The position numbers were made by a program, and so were the translations under genes. Under the pieces are notes generated by a model, which had not been told where the DNA came from, searched no databases, and saw only the letters and a program-made list of their open reading frames with translations. Below are positions 12,261-26,565 of a stretch of 64,000 nt of DNA, one piece after another. Numbering within the stretch: position 1 is the first letter of the stretch; the number at the start of each line of letters is the position of its first letter. The DNA is from Podarcis liolepis (lineage: Eukaryota). The stretch is from assembly GCA_965112155.1 (NCBI GenBank), contig OZ218103.1. One strand, given 5' to 3'.

Positions 12261-12418
12261 ATGCTGGACAGCTCAGTTGGTAGAGAATAATACACTTAAT
12301 CTCAGAGTCATGGGTTTGAGTCTCACGCTGGGCAAAAAGATTCCTGCATTGCAGGGGGTTGGACTAGATGACCCTTGGGGTTCCCGCCAACTCCTCAGTT
12401 TTACAATGCTATGATTCT
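12261..12418 (+). mobile_element. tRNA(Lys)-like-head SINE with CR1-type 3' tail (POM/Squam2-like)
   Basis: Head gctcagttggtagag...cttaatctcagagtcatgggtttgagtc with A/B boxes. Tail gggttggactagatgaccc...ctatgattct is the CR1 3' terminus. The family name is from memory. Confidence 0.8.
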
Positions 12419-13545
12419 TCATACTACCTCTACTAAAATATGTGTACTTCAGCTGGCAGGTAAGATCACATTATGCTTGTATGTTGTACACTGCCTTCTT
12501 CTATTCTTACGCAAGTGTTGCTTATAAATATTTAAATGGATAAATTTAAGAGGTAGAGAGAGATCCACTGTAGCATAAACCAAGGCGGCCTCAGAGAAGC
12601 AGGAACTGGCAAAATACGGGAAAGATTCAGAGCCTAAAATATCCATTTTGTCCTCCATCTAATCTTTGAAGCATTTATTTGGTAGCTATCTGAAGAGCAG
12701 AATAGAATACATCATTGAAGAGTACATCAAGGCAAGTCCATTCATTTTCAATTTGGATAAAATTCCTAACTGATGAATCACCAGGCAGTCTGTCTCAGCC
12801 AAGGGGCATCAAAACTGGGAAGAGGCATCCCCTACAGACTGTACTGCAGGCAGACAAGCAAGGAAGGGTGAGTCATTCATGTTAAAAAAATTTATGTGTG
12901 TGAGATGCACTCTGAGTGGCCTAAGGGTGTGGGAGGAGATCCTAAAACGCTCCCATGTAAAAAATCTGTAGCAGTATCACACAGACTAGAGTTTGCTTTC
13001 CCCCCTCCCTTGCATCCCCACTCCCTGGCAGGCCTTTCTGTGAGCACAGGTTTCTGCCTGTTACATCAGAGCAGTTGAACACTGCCCCATTCACTCAACT
13101 TCCAGGCTGTAAAACAGAAGGAAATTGGGAACGGATTAAGTCATTAGGATCCCCAGGGCATGTTGCTTTCACTTCATAACTCAACAGTCCTCTGTATCTT
13201 TCCTCATGGACTTGTCATTGAGCCCAAGCATCCTTATAGTAGGTTCCGGGAGTCTGGAGGATAACAGATGAGGACAAGGGAACAGTGAGTAACCAGCAGG
13301 TGAAATGGCTTCAGCTGCATGGCTTTTCTACAGGCCCACACTGAAATGGAATCTCATAGGCACTGAGAATGGAGTAACTCGTGGCTGTGGGACAAGTGGG
13401 GATAAATAGAAGGTACAATGAAGTTTAGGGCCATATGAATGAGCACTAGAGGCTGCAACAGAATCCAGGAGTGTAAGCACCTGTCCTTAGAAAATGGATT
13501 GTCAGGACATGTTTTTCATGCAACAGAGTAACTAATGCATTAGAG

Positions 13546-13797
13546 CAAGGGTCAGCAAACTTTCAGCAGGGGGGCTGGGTCCACTGTCCCTCAGCCCTTT
13601 TTTTGGGGGGCGGACTATATTTTGAGGGGGGAAATGAACGGATTCCTATGCCCCACAAATAACCCAGAGATGCATTTTAAATAAAAGGACACATTCTACT
13701 CATGTAAAAACACACTGATTCCTGGACCACCCGCAGGCAGGATTGAGAAGGTGATTGGGCCGGATCCAGACCCTGGGCCTTAGTTTGCTGACCCCTG
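13546..13797. mobile_element. hAT MITE (252 bp)
   Basis: TIR CARGGGTCAGCAAACT; 8-bp TSD CATTAGAG/TATTAGAG (7/8). Core shared, inverted, with 26390-26565. Confidence 0.88.
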
Positions 13798-14362
13798 TAT
13801 TAGAGCATAGCTTTTTGGAATTCCTAAAACAATTTGGGGATGGAACATGTCATCATATGTGGAGTTCCTGCCACTGGAAGAAGAGCTGGGTTAAAATGGT
13901 TGTTTGAACCCTTTAGCTAGTTTCATTTAAGCTTCTAACAGAAACTTGGATATCAAATCCCCTGGTTGCAAGCCTCCAATTCAAGCTAACAAAAATTTAT
14001 CCTCCTCCCTAGGGTCCTTACTCACAAATAAGTTCTAAAGCTGCTTTCCACACCATCAAAAATGTCAGTGCAGGAAACTATGAAAATACACTTGCTTTCC
14101 AGGAGGCACCTGCAGACGTAATCCTCTGGGAAGTTCTCCTGCATAAGCTCTTTTGAAATGAAAGGAAGCTGAGCAAGAATATGGCTGTGCTCTTCTGTAG
14201 CTTCCATTTATTTCATTGAGGCTAGCACATACAAAATTTCCTGTTGGATTGTGCCGTTTGTCTACAATGAGTGAGTCGGTAATGTGGTATCACCATACTC
14301 AGTAGTACTGTTTTCATTACTAGTATGGAAAGAAAGGACCAATATGATAACCACATTAGATA

Positions 14363-14603
14363 TGATGGTACCTTGGTTCTTGAACTTAATCCATTCTGGA
14401 AGTCCGTTCAACTCCCAAAATGTTCAAAAAACAAGGCACAGCTTCCGATTGGCTGCTGAAGATTCCTGCACTCAAGCAGAAGTCGCATTGGATGTTTGGC
14501 TTCCGAAAAATGTTCGAAAACCGGAACACTTACTTCTGGGTTTTTGGCGTTCAGGAGCCAATCTGTTCATCAACTAAGCCGTTTGAGAACAAAGGTTCCA
14601 CTG
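14363..14603. mobile_element. Tc1/pogo(Tigger)-like MITE
   Basis: TA-flanked. Ends tggtaccttggttct...agaacaaaggttccactg resemble the CAGTGGTACCTC TIR family at 35216 and 38341. Confidence 0.75.
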
Positions 14604-14722
14604 TATTTAGTTTTGGGGAATACAGCAAGCACACCTTAAAATGGCCTTTTGACACATTTCCAAATATAATCTCAGTCATCCACCAAAGGTGCCCTCTTTT
14701 TGACACCATCTACTCATTAGGT

Positions 14723-14806
14723 TTTTGAAGACAGAAGTGCCTGGCGTGCTCTGGTCCATGGGGTCACGAAGAGTCGGACACGACTAAACAACAACAACAC
14801 CAACAA
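14723..14806 (+). mobile_element. 5'-truncated BovB (RTE) LINE 3' end
   Basis: gcctggcgtgctctggtccatggggtcacgaagagtcggacacgact followed by a (CAA)n tail. TSD TCATTAGGT at 14714-14722 and 14807-14815. Confidence 0.88.
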
Positions 14807-15749
14807 TCATTAGGTCCAGACAGCAAAGATGGTATGAAGAGAAGCATTCTTGGTGGCTCCCTACTCAAACCAATTACAAACCTTACTCCAATTATAGATT
14901 CAACAAAATCCAAACCTGATTGCTTTATGGTAGCTTTGTGAGGACTTACTGTTTAGGGCTGGACTTTGAGGCTTATATTAGGAAAGAGTGGGGAAATGTC
15001 AGTGAATTTTTTAATGTTATGCTAGTCTGTTGGTGGGTTATTTTTTGTTTTATTCTCCCCCCCCCTTTTTTTAACTCACCCCAAACCTTTGGGAGAAGAG
15101 TTATCAGTTTTAATATTCAGATAAAATACTGAATATGAGGCACAGTAATGCATGTAATGGAATTATTGTTTTTCAGATATTATCACAGGAAATTGAGTTC
15201 AAGTTATGCTTAAAAGATATGAAAGCTTTGCTAGTTTGCCAGGCCTAACAATGGGCACCGCATTTGTAAAATGGCATAGTCCATTAAATGCACTTCAGTC
15301 TTTCTTCCAGCCTTTCTTCTAATAAGACACATTCCTCAAACATCTTTCCCTGATCACCAGGTACTAAAAAAATAATAATAAAGTTTCCTTCTGCCTACCA
15401 GCTCCCTCTCAGCCTCCCCTGATGTGCTGCTGCCAGAGTCTGTGGGTTTCTCTGGACACTTTCACTTTTGGAGGTCATCCGCTGCGTACTTTTGATAGAA
15501 CCAATGAAGTATGAAGCTTATCGGCCCACAGATAAAAATCTTAAACACAAAGAAAGTAATTACTGAACCTTACTCTGCCAGTCACTAGCACCCACTGGGC
15601 CTTTCCAATCTTTCCTTCTCTCAGAGACGGAGGCACATAGGGAAGGTTTCCTGTTAGGGTGCAATCCCCAAATCCAACCCTCCCTCTTCCTGCTCCAACC
15701 CTATACACCCTTGATCCCTGATCTTTTCCCTAGCGACGGGGTTTGAGTT

Positions 15750-16005
15750 CCTTAATGCATTTTGTCTGCACTCTGTTTACATTAGACGCAGCTGAGCGGG
15801 TGCAGCTACTGGGGTAACAGGCACCGTCACTTTGATTTATGAGCACATCAAGAGGAGTTTCAGCGTGACACTCCGGACTGACAGGAGCACTTCATTAATC
15901 TGACGCCTAGGTTACTCGCTGGCCAATCTTCATGTGCTGCCCCCTCATGCAATATCATCGGGTACACTGGGGCAACTGCCAGAGACGAGGCTCTGTCTGA
16001 AAGCT
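15750..16005. promoter_or_regulatory. Candidate intronic enhancer / conserved non-coding element
   Basis: CpG retention in non-repetitive DNA; TGTTTAC, CTTTGAT, TGATTTATG and TGACAG within 110 bp. Confidence 0.55.
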
Positions 16006-17470
16006 TTTCTCCCTCTCAAGTTTTCTGGAAGCAAAAAAGGAACTAGGTTTGTAAGAACAGGGACAGCTGGTTTCGCATTCCAAATACACTACTAGAAACA
16101 ACGACATAACATTACTGGCCTGAGTACACTGTATACTGCTGTCCACATTGGTTGTGACAGGATTAACTCATACCTGCCAAAATAAAAATGTTGCTCAACT
16201 AAAGGAAGCAGCACTTTGCAAGTCAAAACAAAACAGGTGCCACAAAATTCAGATGCTCGTTTCAGATTCAGAGTTTCTTCTTATTCTGCTGTCGGCTTGC
16301 GGTATGTGTTTGGAGGAGTAACTGTGATTTCTCAGTTCCTCAATTACTGCACTTCTTATAGACATTTGGGCATGAGGGAATAAAGGTGCTGATTTCAAAA
16401 GTGCTGAGTTAATATTATTAGAAACAACTATAGCCAGGTATAGAACAGATATAGAATAAATTCAATAAATTAGGAAGAAAAGGCCAACTGGGCAATGGGC
16501 TCTGAATAGGCAACGTATTCCATGCAAGTGCAGAATTTACACCTTGAGAGTCTTAGCTTTGTGTGTGGTTGTTTTTTTCCTAGCCCAAACAGATGTAAAA
16601 CTAGGCTTGAAAGCATGCATATTATTCTACATAAAATACCAGAACCTGGGAAATGCAGAAAAATGTGTAAGAATATACATAAAATTTATGGGTATGATCT
16701 AGCTCTAGGCAAAACTCTTTCAAGTCCCGCTGACTTCAACAGAAGAGCTTTAAGCCTGAGTTTGAGTTCTCCCACTGAAATCAATAGAATTTAAGAGGAG
16801 TTATTAACTTCTACTGGATAGTGCTCATAAATAAGCTTGTTTTCTAGTGGCATTATGGCCAAGTTGCACATGACACCAAGTTGTGTGTAGTTCTTGCCCC
16901 TTCCCCTAAAAACAAAATGCAGCAATGGTGGCAACAATCTGCCTTCACAGACCTTCACCTTTTAAACTATTTCCTCTCCAGGTTTTTTTGGCTGTTGAAA
17001 ACTGTTCCCTCCCCCCAATATCCTTTTTTCCCCTACAAGGGAAAAGATTTGAGGTACATTTATTTCTTCCCACTCTGAGAGGAAAAGGGAGCTGGAAGGG
17101 GGAATTTTCAACAGAAGGGGGAAAGGTTAAAAGGCTATTCCTGCATTTCTTCTTTCTGCATAGGCAGATTTTGAAAAAGAAACCCAGCTGGGGGTGAGGA
17201 GGAGAATGACATATAATTCAATATGATTTGTAACCTGGCTCTGAATCCCCACTCTAAACCTTGAGGAAGGGGTATAAATTTAAATCAACCAATAAATAAG
17301 CAAACAAACAGACTATTGCCCACATATTTAAAGTTAGAGAAAAAATAAGTAACATCAGCCATACTTTGATCAATAGCATTTTACTGTTTCAGAGATTATC
17401 TCAAGCATCATATGACCAAAAAAGTCACCCCTCCAGATATCAAAACTAGGTTAAGCACTGGCTATCTGAC

Positions 17471-17475
<5 letters not shown>

Positions 17476-17525
<50 letters not shown>
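17476..17525. repeat. (TA)25 microsatellite
   Basis: Direct reading. Confidence 0.97.
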
Positions 17526-17528
<3 letters not shown>

Positions 17529-19205
17529 GCCAGTCTAAGGGCCTGTTTATACATTACAGCCAACACATGGAAACAGTCTGAAATCAGAGAGGTGTGACAG
17601 AAAGACTGGTATAACGTTTAGGGGAGAGGAGCAGGAGAGCACCCTGCTTTCATAAGAGCGCTCTAGAACCTTTAGAGTCTGACCTGAGCATGCATAGTTC
17701 CTACTGGGTTCACAGAGAGATCACAGGTTAATCCTGATATCTGGCCATATGCATAATGTGGCTAAATCATAAGGTGACCATACAGTCCTTAATAATAGTG
17801 ATTCTGAGCTGCTGATAATTTTGGTTATGCCAGATGGCTTTGTGGTGGAAGCTACTGCGACAGAGAATGGAAGAAACTAACAATAAATATATTAGAAGCA
17901 GCACACATCACCAGTGACACAGCAGGAAGAATCAAAATCTGTTTGGGGGAGTATACAGAACAGTACTGCTGAGCTAGTGCCTCTATCAATCCAACACTAA
18001 CTGAAGACCTTTATAAACTTCCATCTTTAATGTAAAGAATGTCGAAGAGTGGTGACATGGGAGAGGCCCTTTTTGGCTGTGGCCCCTCAGCTACAGAATA
18101 TTCTCCAATCAGGCTTCCCTGACGCAGATGATACAGGTTAAGGTCAATTGAGAAAGGTTGTTGTGGCTCATATACTGCTGCTATTTTGCTGTTGCTGTGA
18201 TGCTTGAGGTTATTGTTTTGTTAGCATACTGATGGTTGCTACATTTTTAACTCCATATTTTTATTCTGTTTGTAAATCACCTAGAAACTATTTTTGAAAT
18301 AGGCAACTAAATAACGATGATAGTGATTATAATAGTAACAACGATGATGGTGTTAATCACAATAATTCACAACAAGCTGAAATTCATGGTGCTTCAGTAA
18401 ATATTGGGGAAAATAAACTCTATCAAATATAGCAAAAAATAATAATCCTGGAATTTAGAAACATCAATATAGCTGAATCATTCTCCACTTGTCCTCGCAC
18501 AAACCTTTGTGGAAAACGCTAAAATAACTCGTAGCATCTAGAATTTTAATTATCTGGCCCAATCACAACACAATTAACTATGCAAATATAAAGCTGAAGA
18601 AATTCATTGGAGAAGGGTTAAGAAGGGTTTGAGATATGGACATTTGAATCCTAGAAACTCTATTATTCCCTAGAACTAACAGGTAGCCCAGAAATAAGTT
18701 CTGCTATTGTGACAAGCATATCAGATTTCCCAGGTTATCATACACTGCAACGTGTGCTTTCAAGGCAGCAGCACAACTGCCAAAGAATGCTTTCACAGCA
18801 CTCGGTATTATGATGTTGATTCTGGCAGGAGTGCTAATAGCAGGGATGCAGCAAATATCTATGATTTTTGATTCCTGAAGTGAAAATCATATGTTTGCAG
18901 TTGCAGATAAGTGTCTTGAACAAGCAACAGGTTCCCAGACAATTACTGGGGATCCAGGATAATTTACTTCTTTTTAAAAAAAGTAAGTCTTTTTAAAAGC
19001 ATAGTAAAATTTAGCTTGTTTCATAGAATAAGGAAGGACAGTCTGTCTCCCCCCCCCCCCAAATAGGAAGTTACACAATTGGCCAATCTGTTCTTTTAAA
19101 GGAGGAATAATGCACCACTCATCTACCAGTCCCAGAAGACATTTCTGAAGTTGCCCCCCCCCCTTTTATAAACAAGTTGAACTCACTTTTCTGCAGAAGT
19201 GTTCA

Positions 19206-19540
<335 letters not shown>

Positions 19541-19937
19541 CTCATGCACACTGCTGAAATTGAAGGTGCGTCACTCCTTCCCCGCTCCTGTTTTCCCAAA
19601 TAAACCACAAGCAGGAAGCTAAGAACAAACCTTGCTTACAGCCCCTGGCTTGTTTGGAAAGAAAGAAATCGTGAGCCTGGGTTCAGACTCTAACACTAGG
19701 CCAAACCATGGCTTAGCTCCTGGAGCATGGTGGCAGAGTGGGGTAGGAGTGAAACGCCCACCATTTCAGTAGCATACCCCAGCACACTGAACTTTCACCT
19801 TAAAACTCTAGTTTTGCTTAACTATGATTTAAAGCAATATGTGAATGAGGTCAGTGTTTGATTTAAAAAAGGGCAGAGTGACTGAGAGTTACATATCATT
19901 ACATATCTGGGCCTCACCATTTCCTAAGATGTTAGCA

Positions 19938-20064
19938 CAGGCATAGGCAACCTTCGGCCCTTTGGACTACAATTCCCATCATCCCTGACCACTGGTCCTG
20001 TTAGCTAGGGATCATGGGAGTTGTAGGCCAAAACATCCGGAGGGGCGAAGGTTGCCTATGCCTG
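19938..20064. mobile_element. hAT MITE (127 bp)
   Basis: Perfect TIR CAGGCATAGGCAACCTTCG and perfect 8-bp TSD TGTTAGCA. Core is the inverse of 6312-6447. Confidence 0.92.
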
Positions 20065-21084
20065 TGTTAGCACATTGACAAGGTGTTACATATATGTTTG
20101 GCATTATTTACAATAGCCCCCAAGAAGCAGGTGATTTGAACAGGATCACATAAGGAGTCTGTGGAAGAAAGCTATTTATTTCTGTTGTACTTTTAGTATA
20201 ACAATTTTCTTTACAGCTCATCCATCCTCACGAAGATCATTTGAAGCTCACTGGCACTCCCATTTTATGAATTCAAATAGAGGTTGAGAAATTAACTTGT
20301 TTAAGAAACCCAGTATTCCACTAATATCTCTCTATTGCTCTGTGAACTGGATTACACTGGCATTTGTAAAACTACTTCGGTTTCCCCAGCACTTCACACT
20401 AGATTGATATCATGTGGCTAAGGATTGTGACATTATTCGCAAGTATTGCATTGGAATGCTGGGAGATTCAAAAACCCCTGAGAATTGTGGGTTTTAAAAT
20501 GTGAGCCATTTAAACTAGGCTCTTTCTTCCATGCCAGCAACACCCAGAGTAAGGCATGCTTAACTCCACAAGGTTTGATGTTAAATCATCATTTGTAGAA
20601 CAGCAGAATCTGGTGGTTGTGCAGGTCACCTTCCTGCTTATGCAAAGACAGAGAAGACTATAGCAGTTGCAAATCTTTTGTTTACAGGGGAAAGAAAAAA
20701 ACAAGGAAAGAAGACAGGGAAATTATTTCCTCCAAAGATTCTTGCAATGGAAACAGATAGCCAAATGTAATATTTTTCTAAAAGGTGTGGCAAATACATG
20801 TAAAAATTTAAAGGAGAATTCCCAGAACTGAAAGAATATGATTCAACAGACTGAATTACATGAGCTCCAGGCTGTAACCTCTTCCTGTCCATCACTACAC
20901 CATCTGGGGCGAGATAAATGGGAAAGAGGGAGAGATAGGAAACTGCGTATTTTCGTGTCCAGTACAACCAGAGACTAACTGGTTTAGAGTTGAAGGAGCT
21001 TACTTCATTTGAAACAGACATATATTTATCTTACTATATCAAGCAATTTATCTGTTATTTGGTTATGCATTGTATTGCTTCATC

Positions 21085-21510
21085 ATCACTGTCATCATCA
21101 TCATCATTATTAAATTTGTTAGTCATTTTATCTTGTCCAGGGTAACCCAAAGCAACTTAGAACCAAAGACACAGACAGACAGTACCACCCCCGCACATAG
21201 ATAATTAAAACAAAAAGGGGGGAAAGAAATACAATAAAAACAACTTGCCCACTTCTAAAAGACCACAGATAGTTAAAAGCAAAAGGCCTGGTTATAGAGG
21301 AAAGTTTTTGCCTAATGCCTAAAGATATGTTATGATGGTGCCAGGTGAGTCCCCCTGGGTATTCCACAAATTGGGAGGTCTGCTCTTGTGTTGTCTCCTC
21401 TAGGCCTCTCATGGTAGAGGCACATGAAGAAGGACCTCAGATGATGATCACAGGGTCTAGGTCAATTCACATGCAGAGGGGCAGTCCTTGTCCTGAGCTG
21501 TTTAGCACCC
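21085..21510 (-). mobile_element. Degraded L2 LINE 3' end
   Basis: Simple-repeat tail and T-rich 3' UTR on the minus strand. Organisation is inverse to the L2 at 53948 (aaaaggcctgg, attccacaaa, aggacctcag). Confidence 0.6.
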
Positions 21511-24500
21511 CAACTCTAAAGATTTCCTTCACGCTCAGCCTGTTCAGTTGGTTTAATCATTGTATGTTAAGTACTTTCTAAGTGCAGTTTCACACATGCA
21601 GTTTCTCCAAGCTCCCCTTGCACAATTTGCATGCAAATATTACGAGTGAATAATAACGTTACAGAAGAAAGTCAAAATAGCCAAAGTATGTTTTACAGTC
21701 ACATCAGAAACTAAAAGGTGAAACTGTTACCTATTTTCCTTTTTAAAACATTAGCATTGTGTCTTTAAGCCTAAAGACAAGCTGTAACAAATTTTAAAAT
21801 CCATAATACAAAAAGTAAACAAAACGGCAGAACAAACTCAGAAATCAATACATTAAATTAATAAAGCAAGCCAAATTTTGTGTGTGCCAAACTCAGAGTT
21901 TCAAAGGCTCTCTAAAAAAACACACCAGATCTTTGTCTCCTGTTTGAAGATCAGCAGGGAGTGAAAAGAGCAATTTATAGCATGCCAAAGGCACTTGGCA
22001 CTCGTATGTCTCTGCCTCCAAGATGCTTACAATCTAGCAAGGGATGAATGCAAGCTAATGCAATGGCATGTAGTAAGGCTTGGTTACATTTGTATACTAT
22101 GTATGGTGTACTCTTTGCAAGTTGCTCAGTTCTTAAATTGTAAATACAAACATACATTTTATTTTAATCTTAGGAAAATAAATTGCCCTGCCCTAAAAAT
22201 ACTTGCCCTTGTTTCTGGATGTCCTGGACATGGGCTATAAGAAGCAAAAGTTTGGGTTTATTACATAAAAATGCAAAAAATAAAATAAAATCCTAAAAGT
22301 ACAATTTATTTTTTTCCTAAAAAAAATTACACCTCAAAAACTTGAAAATGAGAGTGCGGCTTTTAAATGGTACATATGATTAGGGCTCTGGGGTATCATA
22401 ACTCACTTCTACTTAGCGTCTCTGTTCTGCTATCTATGAAACAGGCATGCCAGTATATACTGCACATAAACACTTAATACTCTACAATGTGACCTAAGAT
22501 TCCTGGATAAAGGGTAATGCTCATTGTGTGCTGAGTGGTATTATACAGGGATTTTCAAAGGGATGCCAATTCTAATTTAATATACTGTGCCCTTCTAAAT
22601 CTACAAATTTGGTTTGTTTTCCACAGGAGGGGGCCAGAACCACAGGAGAGGTCGACACAGGTTCTTCAACACTAGGAAAAAAAGCTGGCTCCTGAGGAAT
22701 GCCCCTGGGGATTCTGGGAAAGTCCTTATCAGCTTGTAGTTGACAGTGCTGACAGCAGAAACTTTTCTCTTTATGTCTGCTGAACAGGTTTGGAAAGCCT
22801 CCCTGTTTACCCAAAAGCCAATCAAAACCTGGTCTCTGTATGGGATTCTGAGAACATTGGGTCAAGAGGTGAGAGGTGTGATGTTTGGTTTTCTTCTTGT
22901 GGAGAATGCCAGCTATTCCGGCCTAGGCTGTTTAATTTGCAGTCAAACATGTTTCTCTATCTGGCTCCAAAGAGGCTCAGAGAAGGAAGGACCCCACCCA
23001 AGTTAGTGTTTACCCTTTGTTCTTTCCCTGGGGCCAACCTTGACTTCTTATCAGCTTGTATGAAGTAAACAGGTACTGAAGGCAGGAAGAAGGGTGTGGA
23101 GGATGCTGTGTTTTCTTGTTCATTACCCCTCCCTAGAGAAAGTGTTTATCAAAACAGTTGTGTTTTGTTGGGGGATTTTATTATCTCCTCCCTTCTTCAA
23201 ACTATTTCGTAACTGAGAGAGAAAGCATTTTCCTTTTGCCAAAGAAAGTCTGTCTGTCTGTAAAAGTACCAGATCAAGCTGGTAAGGCTGACTTTTTATT
23301 CAAACACTCAAATCCAAACTAGGGGGCAAGCAAATGTGGTTCAGAGCTGCAAAGAGGAACAGCTAGACAAAGCATTAGGTCAAAATACATCTTTTAAATG
23401 GAATAAGCTTCTCCAGTTACGTGCAGCTACAAAGTAATTCCTAGTGGTGAGAGCACCTTAATTTATTTAGTTGGATAAGAGCACCCTTCATTCATCTTAT
23501 CTTCTTAAATTTCTCATTGACCTGGTCAACACATCACAAAAAGCCAAACTAGGTCTTTGCTATAGCTCATGGTTAGCAAGGAGAGAGCTCAACTACAAGC
23601 CCACGTTCAGATAACAAAAGTTTAATTTGCAGGGCACCAACCGAACACTCTTGATACATCCTTGATTTGGGTGCCAAGTTTTTTAACACAAGGAATATTT
23701 GAATTAAGGGCTGGTTGAATATTCTGCAATCTTCACATCTGCAGAACTGTCCATTCTCCATGAAAGTGTTTATGGAGATATTTGGCAACTTTCCAGGATG
23801 CAGACTAAACTCAAGAATTTTCATCTTACTTTAAATATAATGTGGTTGTTGGGAGAGTTTCTTTTGATTTTTATTATTTTGAAAAAGCCTTGCAGCTACT
23901 TTGAAAAGCAGCCTGATGCTCTGGGTGTATCCCTGGCACAAAATGTCCCTGGAAACAAATGCTACACAACAGATGAATGGCTCCCCCAACCTGCCCCCCA
24001 AGAAAGATGTTACATCAAGATACAATATTATTTCCATGAGGCATTCCATCCCAGTAATACAACCAGAGCAGCCAAGCCACCACTTGAACAGCTGGCAAAG
24101 CTTTGTGTTGTTAGAAAAAGAAAACCTTGACACCTTGTTTTTAAGGCAATTTGAAGAATTTTGAAATTCACCTGCACCTGAACATCAATCCAATCTTCAA
24201 GGATCACTTCTGCCCCAACCCCCAAAATTTACAAAAACCAAAGGCCAAATACTTTGACTCAGTACTAATTAGAATGGCATACACATCCAACTTACTATTT
24301 CAAACTTGCTGCAATTATTCATAGTTAATGCTCTTAATATTTCACGGGAACAGCTAAAGCAGGGGGGAAGAGGCAAAAATGGAATAAGGGCCTTTCTAGA
24401 CTCTAATCTCATTGCAAAGCAATGTACAATTATGATTATTCAGTTGTCATAAGATATCCAGACATTTCCCAAGGCAGAGCAGGAGAAGACTAACAATGTT

Positions 24501-25136
24501 GCATTAGCAATGAATCTGTACGATTTTGTTGCCGGGGAAAAGAAATTCCTTCCCCACACAAGCACACACCCACACCTCACCACCTCGCAACAAGACCTGA
24601 CTCCCAAATCCATTTGATGGGGACAGACTCTTCACTATACTAGCACTGGTCTAATAAAGTATGAAGAAGAAGAAAAACCTAGAGAGTTTTGTTAATGTTT
24701 TTTTGGAGAGAGACCCCTATGATATAGCAATCTTTAAACTGTTCATTGGGAGGGCAATTCAAGCCCCTCTCAAAAAAGAGCTGCCATTTACAAAGGGGAA
24801 ACTAAAACAATTTCAGCTAGCCTAGATATTTGTGGCCAAACCATATTCAGAGGCAAAGGACATGGGCGAGGAGAAGTTCGTACAGTAGAAAGTGTAGAAT
24901 GTGGCTGTCCAGGACTTGCATTGCACCTAAGCAAGGACACATCAAACAACCCTGGGTAAGTAAGTATCTCTCCGCCTCAGGACATCAGTGTAGAATATCA
25001 GTGCCTCATCTCGGAATTTACAAACAGAAAACACATTATATTTGCATGCAAGAAATGTAGAGACACAAAGGTCGGTCCTCTGAAATCACATGAAATGTCT
25101 GTCACAAGAAGGCCACTCAAACACAGGCTGTCTTAC

Positions 25137-25259
25137 CTGTTGCAGCATAATTGCTTGCTGCTGCTGCAGCAGAGCTTGGAGCTGAGGAGGAGACAGGATT
25201 TGTTGCATCTGCTGTGGGGTGATCATCTGAGGAGACATCATGGCCACAGACACTGGAAC
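25137..25259 (-). CDS. FOXP4: FOXP4 coding exon ([41 protein letters not shown])
   Basis: Inside ORF 25086..25442(-). Acceptor tttgtttctgcAG, donor CAG|GTAAGA, 123 nt, phase 0/0. MMSPQ and ILSPPQLQ are FOXP4-type rather than FOXP1/2. Confidence 0.97.
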
Positions 25260-26218
25260 CTGCAGAAACAAAGGACAGTGGATGATGGCATATGCTATAC
25301 CCAAATGAAAGGGTGTAGGTAGGAGAACAGGGAAAGAAGGTACAGCTACATTGATTGTTCCTGGCACGTGGGCCAGAGCAAGATGCTTGTTACACTTACA
25401 AGTACTGCCAGGCCGACTGGCTCCCGGCACATCCTCCCTCAAAACTTCACAAGGACACGACCTTAGAGTTGAGATAAACTGGTCTGTCCAATCCTACAAC
25501 TATTACCCACGACAGACCAAACACAGTGAGGCAAGTCCAGGGCAAAAGCTGATCTTAAGACCACAAAGATAAATAAATCATTTGTCAGACACCCTAATTC
25601 CGTTGCTTCACTTTCTACAGGTAATTTAACACAGTACAAAATATTGTAGAACTTGAACTAGTTTTGAACTTGAGGTTAGACTGAAACAAACACAGACACC
25701 TTGAGCACTGATGGCTCCATAATACCACTTCTTTGCCTTTGAAAAAAACCTATTGCTTGTAGATGATGATGGTGATATGATTTAGTTCACTTCTATGCCC
25801 CTTAATATAAAGTATCTCTAAGCAGTGTACAGAAAATGAAAGCAACAGCAGACAACTTAAACAAAAGTATTACAAAAATACACAGTTACATATAAAAATG
25901 TTACATTGATACAAAGATCTCACCCAGGGTCCAAACAAACTCTCAGCTCACCCACAAAAGTCTCACAACGAGAAGAGCTCCTGAAAGGTTATTATTGCTG
26001 TGGTATGCACTGCTATGAAAGATCCATTTCCTTGTCACTACTTTTTTGAACCCCTCTTGGAAGGGAAACTTGAAGAAGGAACTCAAAGGTTGATCATAAG
26101 GAAGGGAATGAAGGTGCTTGGGGAAATTAGGAGAGTGCTTTGGGGATTAGGGAGATTAGGGTTATCAATTTATTTCTGGAAAAAGTCAGGCCAAGGTGAG
26201 CAGGGGGGAAGTTTGCCC

Positions 26219-26219
<1 letters not shown>

Positions 26220-26262
<43 letters not shown>
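26220..26262. repeat. (CA)n microsatellite
   Basis: Direct reading. Confidence 0.97.
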
Positions 26263-26263
<1 letters not shown>

Positions 26264-26389
26264 CTTACTTTACTGGCATGGCCTTCCCAGCATCTCCTTA
26301 AATCAGTAGTTTTGAAGAACAGAAGTTCTGTGAGGATGTTGAGGGTCATAATGATTCTTAGCATTCTTTACATAACAAAGGCTCTAATC

Positions 26390-26565
26390 CAGGGGTAGGC
26401 AACCTAAGGCCCATGGGCCGGGTGTGGTCCAATCGCCTGAATGTGTCCTTTTATTTAAAATGCATCTCTGGGTTATTTGTGGAGCATAAGAATTCGTTCA
26501 TTTCTTTTTCTTCAAAATGTAGTCCGGCGGATTGGCCCACAGCTGAAAAAGGTTGCTAACCCCTG
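26390..26565. mobile_element. hAT MITE (176 bp)
   Basis: TIR CAGGGGTWRGCAACCT and perfect 8-bp TSD CTCTAATC. Confidence 0.92.

Noticed and set aside
12261-12335. tRNA-Lys-like sequence as a tRNA gene
   Set aside because: Stems are degenerate and it runs directly into a CR1-type tail, so it is a SINE head.
22488-23213. Possible solo LTR (TGTGAC...CGTAAC)
   Set aside because: Composition is suggestive, but I found no terminal CA and no matching TSD.
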